From contig NZ_JBHRSZ010000004.1 of NCBI RefSeq assembly GCF_042646085.1, positions 136,798 to 200,797 of the forward strand: a DNA stretch of 64,000 nucleotides, read 5' to 3'. Each line of letters starts with the position of its first letter. Positions within the stretch are counted from its first letter, which is position 1. Made by a program: the position numbers and the translations under genes. The stretch comes from Litoribrevibacter euphylliae. GTDB taxonomy: Bacteria; Pseudomonadota; Gammaproteobacteria; Pseudomonadales; Litoribrevibacteraceae. Shown piece by piece: positions 57,440-64,000 of the stretch. The notes below the pieces were generated by a model that saw nothing but the letters and a program-made list of their open reading frames with translations, made no database searches and was not told the DNA's origin.

Positions 57440-58276
57440 ATGGATTACGTTAAAAGCAAAGACATCATTCAATGGATTGATGATGAAAATAACGCGGCCA
57501 TTTCAGAAGTCAGTCACAACGTACTGTATTCTTGTCTGTATGAGCTTCACGATAGTAAAGATTACCAGCGAGTAGAGTTTCTTCGAAAGCACGAATTCAT
57601 TACGGATTCGGCTTTGATTTCGTTGCTGAAAGACGCATTTACCTCCTTTTATGATGATCAATCTGACCATCCATTGCTTGAAATCATAGAACGCTATGGG
57701 CCTGATAGCACCGCCAAGATCGACAACGACTTGGACATTCTTTACTTATGTCACAATACCTTTCTTCCAACACTGAAACGTTTAAATGCCATTGGTGTTG
57801 AAATCGACTATGAACAGTTCCTGTCTATTTCTTGTGAGTCCGGTGAAAAGTTTGAATTGGATATCTTCAATTATGCGTTGGATGTGGGGAAAAACTTTTC
57901 TCAAGAATGTTTGGTGAAAACCGCACATGGTGTTTTAGATCGACTGGATGATCTATCTTCAGACGATGCTGACACCAGCGAATGGGTCAAAGCCTTTAAC
58001 CGTTTGGTTGAAGCCGGGCTAGATGTTAACGGTGAACTGGATGGGGCAGACCTGGAGACACTGGCTGAACTGGCGTTGGTGTGTTATCCAGAATTCTTTA
58101 ATTTGATTCTTGAAAATGGATTGAGCCAGGAGCGATTGAATAGCTTCGATTGGCAGGAACTTGTTAACAATTTTGGTCTTAAAGAGTTGGCCATTGAGCA
58201 TTTGAAATCGCTGGAAGCCAAAGGGTTCACTCTGCCTAAAAATGAAATCGAATCTTTGTTAGAGAAACAAGGATAG
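57440..58276 (+). CDS. Acidic hypothetical protein (about 278 aa)
   Basis: ORF with no recognisable motifs. The start is uncertain; the ORF track begins at 57359. Confidence 0.45.
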   Translation: MDYVKSKDIIQWIDDENNAAISEVSHNVLYSCLYELHDSKDYQRVEFLRKHEFITDSALISLLKDAFTSFYDDQSDHPLLEIIERYGPDSTAKIDNDLDILYLCHNTFLPTLKRLNAIGVEIDYEQFLSISCESGEKFELDIFNYALDVGKNFSQECLVKTAHGVLDRLDDLSSDDADTSEWVKAFNRLVEAGLDVNGELDGADLETLAELALVCYPEFFNLILENGLSQERLNSFDWQELVNNFGLKELAIEHLKSLEAKGFTLPKNEIESLLEKQG

Positions 58277-58670
58277 GGCACGGGTAGGACGATTGGTCGA
58301 AGCAACTCTATCCTGTCTCTAGATAATCTACTCAGAGGCAGGTTTATTTCCCTTTTAGAGTCAAAGGGATACCCATGGTAAGTCTTAAGTATCCACTTGA
58401 ATTAGACCTTCTTTCTGAGGCGCCTCTCTGAAATGACCCTTAAGGTTCTTTCAACATGTCTTTACCAAGTAAAATTGCGTTTTTAGTGGCTTCACTGATC
58501 TTGACCATTCCTTGTGTTCTTTAAGTACTTTTGTTGGTACGTGAGTTCCCATTGGTATGAGTGGCCAAGGGAATGGATTACGAAAATTGGGACGCATTGC
58601 TGCTTTGATAGTGGTCGTGCTTATAATGTGCAACGTTATATGAATCAGTTTCAAATCGTTAGGAGAGAGA

Positions 58671-59219
58671 TTGTTGAGAAGTAAGGAAGAGTTAATCGAA
58701 TATATTGGCGCAGGTCATAAAGTGAAATACCTGATGTTTTGGGGGCATCAAAAACCTAAAGATGGTTCTGTGAATAAGAGTTGCTTTAGTCAATGGTATG
58801 AAGTCGGATTTGAAAGCGAGGGCAACTGGTATAAAACGGCTGAACATTTCATGATGGCGGAAAAGGCAAAGTTGTTCGACTCTGAGGATATGGTTACAAA
58901 GATTATTAGTTCTAAGCATCCTAGAGAAGCGAAACGTTTAGGTCGTCAGGTGCAAGGGTTTGATCCTGAAATCTGGGATCAAGAGAAGTTCTCGATTGTT
59001 GAAAGGGCAAACTACTGTAAGTTTTCACAAAACGAACTCTTAAAAGATTTTCTATTGTCAACGGAGAATAGGGTTTTAGTCGAAGCCAGTCCTGTAGATG
59101 CCATTTGGGGAATTGGTTTAGAAAGTTCAGACCCACGAGCAGAAGACCCTAAACAGTGGTTTGGTGAAAACTTACTTGGCTTTGCTTTAATGGAAGTAAG
59201 GAAACAACTTAGTGTCTGA
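58671..59219 (+). CDS. NADAR-family (YbiA-like, DUF1768) N-glycosidase
   Basis: FWGHQKP...SQWYEVGFESEGNWYKTAEHFMMAEKAKLF...AIWGIGL NADAR motifs. TTG start with an AGGAG RBS. Confidence 0.7.
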   Translation: MLRSKEELIEYIGAGHKVKYLMFWGHQKPKDGSVNKSCFSQWYEVGFESEGNWYKTAEHFMMAEKAKLFDSEDMVTKIISSKHPREAKRLGRQVQGFDPEIWDQEKFSIVERANYCKFSQNELLKDFLLSTENRVLVEASPVDAIWGIGLESSDPRAEDPKQWFGENLLGFALMEVRKQLSV

Positions 59220-59271
59220 TTGATTTAATGTATTTACACATTCATACATTGTATTTTCTGAGATCTATTTT

Positions 59272-59766
59272 ATGTCTGCTCCCAATGTGAAAGAAAACGA
59301 TCGAATCGTTTTATTTGATGGCGTGTGTAAGCTGTGCTCAGGTTGGGCTCGATTTTTGATCAAGCACGATAAAAAGCGAATCATCAAACTCACTACTGTT
59401 CAGTCACAAGCGGGTCAGAAAATTTTAGATTGGTATGGCCTGCCTCTCGATCACTTTGAGACCATGATTTATCTCGAAGGCGATAAAATATATACACAGT
59501 CCGATGCGTTTTTCAAAGTTGTGGCTCAACTGCCAATGCCTTGGCCTTTACTCTGCGTTTTTCGAATTATCCCGCCGTTTATTCGAAATTGGCTATATGA
59601 TCGAATTGCCCTGAATCGTTATTCGTTGTTTGGAAAGTACGATACCTGCCTTCTTCCAACCAAGGATCATGAGTCGAGATTTCTGGATTACCGCCAATCA
59701 GAAGCAAGTAACAGGTATCAAAACAATCAAGAATGTGATGAAAAAATAACTGGTCGTGGCATTTAA
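59272..59766 (+). CDS. DCC1-like thiol-disulfide oxidoreductase (DUF393)
   Basis: VLFDGVCKLCSGWARFL, with the CxxC motif. Confidence 0.75.
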   Translation: MSAPNVKENDRIVLFDGVCKLCSGWARFLIKHDKKRIIKLTTVQSQAGQKILDWYGLPLDHFETMIYLEGDKIYTQSDAFFKVVAQLPMPWPLLCVFRIIPPFIRNWLYDRIALNRYSLFGKYDTCLLPTKDHESRFLDYRQSEASNRYQNNQECDEKITGRGI

Positions 59767-59993
59767 AAATACGCCTGAGAATCATCGTCGCTTTGAGTTA
59801 TTAAATCGTCTGTTAATGACCGACTGAACTCGCCAAATATTCCGTGTCGTGGTTTTGATTTAGCTTCTTTGTTCAAGTGCTATTGTCACTGGTCGTATTT
59901 CTTTATACGAATTTGTAATGAGAATTATTATCATATAGTATGCCGATGATTTCTAATCCCCAAGCTGAATAGTATTTAGATCGAGAGAAGGGT

Positions 59994-60506
59994 ATGTCAT
60001 CGCAGGAGCTGAACCACCAACAGTTAAATGACTTATACACTGAGAATCAGGGATGGCTGCGTGGTTGGTTACACAATCGCTTAGGTTGCTCTCACCGCGC
60101 ATCTGATTTACTGCATGATACCTTTATGCGGATCTTGGCTCGCGATGAGCTATTGGAGCTTCAAAAACCCAAAGCGTATCTGATGGCGATCACCAAACGA
60201 GTATTGGTGGATCATTGGCGTCGAGAGAAGGTTGAGCAGGCCTACCTGGATGCACTGGCTGCAATGCCTGAAAGCTATGTTCAGGCCCCTGAAGAACAGC
60301 AAATTTTGCTCGAAACCCTGATTGAGATTGATGCCTTATTAGATGGCTTGCCGGTGGTAGTGAAGCGTACATTCCTCTATGCGCAATTGGATGGAATGAA
60401 ACAACAGGAAATTGCAGAAAAACTGAACATATCGATCTCGACGGTTAAACGTCATTTAGTACGTGCGGCCGGTCAATGTTATTTTGCCCTGGAAATGGAA
60501 GCCTAG
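59994..60506 (+). CDS. ECF sigma factor, FecI-like
   Basis: Sigma-70 regions 2 and 4 (QQEIAEKLNISISTVKRHLVRA). Confidence 0.85.
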   Translation: MSSQELNHQQLNDLYTENQGWLRGWLHNRLGCSHRASDLLHDTFMRILARDELLELQKPKAYLMAITKRVLVDHWRREKVEQAYLDALAAMPESYVQAPEEQQILLETLIEIDALLDGLPVVVKRTFLYAQLDGMKQQEIAEKLNISISTVKRHLVRAAGQCYFALEMEA

Positions 60507-60516
60507 GGAGCACACT

Positions 60517-61500
60517 ATGCCGCAGTCTGTTAGTGCTTCATCTGAACAAAGGTCGTCAGTCTCGGTTCCAGAATCTATTGCCAAACAAGCTGTTGCTTGG
60601 CTGGTGGAATGGCAAATGGCCGAGGATCAAGACCGCATTTGGCAACAAATTGAAGACTGGCGTTCTGCCGATCCCCTCCACGAAAAAGCCTGGCAACACA
60701 TTGAGTCGATTAATCAGAAACTGGGTATGGTGGCTGGCCCTTCAAACAGCAATTTAGCTCATCGTGTGCTGACCAAACCATCGGTATCTCGCAGAGACGC
60801 AGTGAAATACCTTTCTATCTTTATGTTAATGGCTGGTGGCGGTTGGCAGATAGCAAGAAATCCTCATTGGTATGCCGATCATCGTACCTCCGTCGGGCAG
60901 CAAAAAACCATCAATCTGCCAGATGGCACCCTGTTAGTGTTGAACAGTAGTTCGGCAGTAAATATTGAATTCACCGCTCATGAACGACGGATCGTCTTAT
61001 TAAAAGGCGAAGCCTTTATCAGTACCGGCAAGGCCAGTGAATTGCCTATGAAAATACAAGTTTCGCAAGGCGATTTAAGACCGATAGGCACGGAATTTTC
61101 TGTTCACCAGTTAGGTGAACGCGCCAAACTGTCGGTATATGACGGTCAGGTGGAAGTACAACCTCATAGCATGACAGGATTAAGGATTGTTGATGCGGGT
61201 GAGAGTGTGCTCTTTTCATCCATTCAGGTTTTCTCTAAGACATCAGCCAATAGAACTGAGCTGGCATGGACTAAGGGCATGATTGTGGCCAGTAACATGC
61301 GATTAGATGAGTTCTTAGCGCAACTGGGTCGACATCGCTATGGCTTGATTCAATGCGATCCCCACGCAGCTAATATCAAAGTTTCAGGCACTTATATGAT
61401 CAGTCAGGTTGATCAGGTTTTAGCGGCCTTGGAGAAAGCGTTGCCGGTTAAAGTGAATTTCTATACGTCGTTTTGGGTTCAGGTAAACGCTGCTGTCTAA
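60517..61500 (+). CDS. FecR-like transmembrane anti-sigma factor / signal transducer
   Basis: N-terminal anti-sigma domain (AVAWLVEWQMAEDQDRIWQQIEDW), a TM segment and a periplasmic FecR domain. Confidence 0.8.
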   Translation: MPQSVSASSEQRSSVSVPESIAKQAVAWLVEWQMAEDQDRIWQQIEDWRSADPLHEKAWQHIESINQKLGMVAGPSNSNLAHRVLTKPSVSRRDAVKYLSIFMLMAGGGWQIARNPHWYADHRTSVGQQKTINLPDGTLLVLNSSSAVNIEFTAHERRIVLLKGEAFISTGKASELPMKIQVSQGDLRPIGTEFSVHQLGERAKLSVYDGQVEVQPHSMTGLRIVDAGESVLFSSIQVFSKTSANRTELAWTKGMIVASNMRLDEFLAQLGRHRYGLIQCDPHAANIKVSGTYMISQVDQVLAALEKALPVKVNFYTSFWVQVNAAV

Positions 61501-61607
61501 AAGCAGTCTGAACATCATCGGAATAAAATAAAAAAATATGAGCTGTTTTGAAATCTCGTTCGACAAGGTAAGCAAGGATTGGATGACTTACTTAAAACGA
61601 GGTTTTT

Positions 61608-64000
61608 ATGTCACTAACTAACCAACTGGCTTTGCCTGCAATTTTAGTGGGTGCTTTAGCTGCATCTGCAGTGCCTGTCAGTGCCGTTGCAAATAATGCG
61701 ACGACAGAACAAACAATCGGATTTGATATTAAACCAGGGACACTTGAAGACGTACTTAATGGCTTTGGTGTTCAGGCTGGCATTGTTTTGGTTTTCTCTC
61801 CTGAACTCACTAAAGGCTTAGAAAGCTCTGGACTTACGGGGCAATACAATGTGCAACAAGCGCTACAAGAGTTGCTTCAAGGAACCGACATTGTTCCGGC
61901 CATTGAGGGGAATACCATTACTTTGGATCGTGCCGAAGATGACGCGGTAATGGTGTTTGATCCAATGATTGTGATTACCGGGTCAATTGATGACTCTGCT
62001 TACGGCCCCGTGGACGGCTATATCGCGAAGCGAAGTGGCACGGGAACTAAAACCGACGCGGCTTTGATTGAAACGCCACAATCAGTCTCTGTTATTAGTC
62101 GTGATCAAATGAATCGACTGAATCTTGAAACGCCAAGTCAGGCGTTAAGATATACTTCGGGTGTGGTTGCGGAATTGTTCGGTAATGATCCGCGCTTTGA
62201 CTGGGTGAGTATTCGTGGTTTTGCGACCGATGAGTATCTCGACGGTATGGCACTACCGAAAGGTAACTACTCTTGGCCGAGACATGAACTTTATGGCGTG
62301 GAACGAGCGGAAGTACTTAAAGGACCTGCATCTGTATTGTACGGATCAAGCAGCTCTGGCGGGTTGTATAACTTTGTTTCTAAGCGTCCTTCAAAAGAAA
62401 ATCAGGGCGAGGTGAGACTACAAACGGGCGATCCGGACAGAATTCAGATTTCAGGCGATGTTACTGGCCAGGTGCCAGGAACTGAAACATTCCAGTATCG
62501 TTTAACTGGTCTTTGGCGTGATGCGGATACCTTGGTGGATCATGTAGAAAATGATCGTACCTATCTGCAGCCTTCCTTCAGCTGGACTCCATCAGATAAA
62601 ACTACTTTTACCGTATTAGGCTATCACACGGAAGATGATTCAAAGTCGCTTCAGTTTTTACCCGCTGAAGGGGTTCTTAAAGGCAATATCAACGGGAAAT
62701 TAGATCGTAGTACCTTTACGGGTGAACCCGATTACGACAAATTTGAGCGTGAACAAAAAGGGATTGGCTACCTTCTGGAACATGAATTTGCTGGTGGTTG
62801 GACGCTGAATCACAAGTTAAGAAAGTCTGAGGTTGATGTTGAACTTAAAGGTATCAGACCAAGTTTTGGTTGGGTAGATGCTAATTTCGATGGTCAGCCT
62901 GACGACTATCGAACCCATAATCGAGTAGTGTTCCTATTTGAGGATAATGCTGAAGCGTTAACGTCTGATACCAATATCGCCCAAACATTCAATATTGCAG
63001 GCATGGATCACTCTGTCTTGTTGGGCTTTGATTATCGAAAAATGAACACAGAGTCAAAGTTACATTACGCGCTGACTACGCCGCTGGATTTGTATGACCC
63101 GACCTATGGATTAGTAACACAACAAGATCCACCGCTTTTTAGTTCTAATGAACAAGAATTGAAACAACAAGGGTTCTACCTGCAAGATCAAATTAAATGG
63201 GATCAAACCACTTTTTTGTTGAGCGTGCGTAGTGATCGTTCGACTATTGATAATGATTCAGAAGCGGTATTTCCTCCAAGTTCCAGTAGCGAAAGTGTTA
63301 AGGATGATAAAATCAGTTATCGCGCCGGTCTGCTTCATAACTTTGATAATGGATTTGCGCCTTATCTGTCGTATGCCACGTCATTTGAACCAAACTTAGG
63401 TGTTGATGAGGATGGTAAGTCGTTTGACCCGACGCTAGGTAAGCAGTTGGAGTTCGGAGTTAAATATCAGTCACCAGACAATCGTCAGTTGGTGACTCTA
63501 TCTTTCTTCAAACTGGTCCAGTCTGACGTTGTCATGTCTAGCTTGACGCCTGGTGCTCCAAAAGAACAAGTTGGTGAAATTACTTCCAAAGGGGTTGAAC
63601 TTGAAGTTAAAGCGAAACTGTTAGATAACTTAAATCTGATTTCTGCGCTTACCTATACAGACGCAGAGATTTCGAAAGATACTAACCGTCAAGTTGAAGG
63701 AAATCAGGTGGCTAGTGTCCCTGAAAGACAAGCCTCAGTTTGGCTTGACTATCAATTTGCTGATACAGCACTGCAAGGGTTTGGTTTAGGCTCAGGCATT
63801 AGATACGTTGGTGATCATTATGGGGATAAAGAAAATGACATCAGAGTGCCTTCCTACACGTTGGTTGATTTTCTTGCGTATTATGATTTCTCACACTTGG
63901 GGTCTTATTACGAAGGGTTCCAGGTGAGCACCAATGTTAGCAATGTGACAGACAAAGAGTTTGTTGCACATTGTGATGATGCTGGTTCATGTTATTGGGG
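61608..64000 (+). CDS. TonB-dependent outer-membrane siderophore receptor, FecA-like with N-terminal signalling (STN) domain; the 3-prime end lies beyond the window
   Basis: Signal peptide, then an STN domain (TIGFDIKPGTLEDVLNGFGVQAGIVLVFSPE), then plug and barrel motifs (ETPQSVSVISRDQMNRLN, EVLKGPASVLYGSS). The frame is open to nt 64000. Confidence 0.85.
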   Translation, partial: MSLTNQLALPAILVGALAASAVPVSAVANNATTEQTIGFDIKPGTLEDVLNGFGVQAGIVLVFSPELTKGLESSGLTGQYNVQQALQELLQGTDIVPAIEGNTITLDRAEDDAVMVFDPMIVITGSIDDSAYGPVDGYIAKRSGTGTKTDAALIETPQSVSVISRDQMNRLNLETPSQALRYTSGVVAELFGNDPRFDWVSIRGFATDEYLDGMALPKGNYSWPRHELYGVERAEVLKGPASVLYGSSSSGGLYNFVSKRPSKENQGEVRLQTGDPDRIQISGDVTGQVPGTETFQYRLTGLWRDADTLVDHVENDRTYLQPSFSWTPSDKTTFTVLGYHTEDDSKSLQFLPAEGVLKGNINGKLDRSTFTGEPDYDKFEREQKGIGYLLEHEFAGGWTLNHKLRKSEVDVELKGIRPSFGWVDANFDGQPDDYRTHNRVVFLFEDNAEALTSDTNIAQTFNIAGMDHSVLLGFDYRKMNTESKLHYALTTPLDLYDPTYGLVTQQDPPLFSSNEQELKQQGFYLQDQIKWDQTTFLLSVRSDRSTIDNDSEAVFPPSSSSESVKDDKISYRAGLLHNFDNGFAPYLSYATSFEPNLGVDEDGKSFDPTLGKQLEFGVKYQSPDNRQLVTLSFFKLVQSDVVMSSLTPGAPKEQVGEITSKGVELEVKAKLLDNLNLISALTYTDAEISKDTNRQVEGNQVASVPERQASVWLDYQFADTALQGFGLGSGIRYVGDHYGDKENDIRVPSYTLVDFLAYYDFSHLGSYYEGFQVSTNVSNVTDKEFVAHCDDAGSCYW

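Noticed and set aside
1-64000. CRISPR arrays, rRNA, IS elements and integrases
   Set aside because: No regularly spaced direct repeats, no rRNA-like conserved blocks and no transposase or integrase-like ORFs were recognised anywhere in the window.

Overview
This window looks like a gammaproteobacterial chromosomal segment of about 48-50% GC with several compositionally distinct insertions.

- (i) 1-19.2 kb: a large cobalamin (B12) locus. A cobalamin riboswitch sits upstream of a divergent bluB. A cobU-cobT-cobC-cobS lower-ligand operon follows. A second cobalamin riboswitch precedes an operon of cbtB-cbtA (cobalt uptake), a ChlI/ChlD-type AAA+/vWA fusion, cobO, cbiA, cbiD, cobK, cbiC, cbiET, cbiL, cbiG, cbiH and cbiF.
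- (ii) 19.2-33 kb: a lower-GC accessory stretch. It is mostly secreted proteins and lipoproteins: a LamG-like lipoprotein, a Cys-rich 605-aa protein with one CxxCH, an esterase, a 532-aa protein and an M43-like metalloprotease. It also carries a second small P-loop kinase paralog, a circularly permuted RsgA-like GTPase, an MmyB-like regulator, PhnA and an SPFH protein. It ends at a tRNA-like gene with an atypical anticodon loop plus an adjacent tRNA-derived fragment.
- (iii) 33.2-37.3 kb: the RtcR / sigma54 / RtcB-RtcA RNA-repair module.
- (iv) 37-45 kb: small housekeeping and regulatory genes (GNAT, GFA, DUF4124, SDR, LysR, AraC, DMT). An AT-rich stand-alone TIR-like gene (Cap12/Pycsar type, TIR plus coiled coil plus unknown C-terminal domain) is wedged between two regulator genes.
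- (v) 45.1-54.6 kb: a GC-rich insert. It encodes a 2782-aa SpvB-N-terminal + RHS/YD-repeat + Rhs-core protein, i.e. a TcB-TcC-like BC fusion. Its C-terminal domain is Gly/Ala-rich with hydrophobic segments and looks novel. A 336-aa S/T/N-rich partner protein sits upstream. No TcA-like gene and no obvious immunity gene are visible.
- (vi) 55-64 kb: sseA, an FAD monooxygenase, a NADAR/DCC pair and a FecI/FecR/TonB-receptor iron-signalling cassette that runs off the window end.

No CRISPR array, rRNA or obvious transposase was seen.
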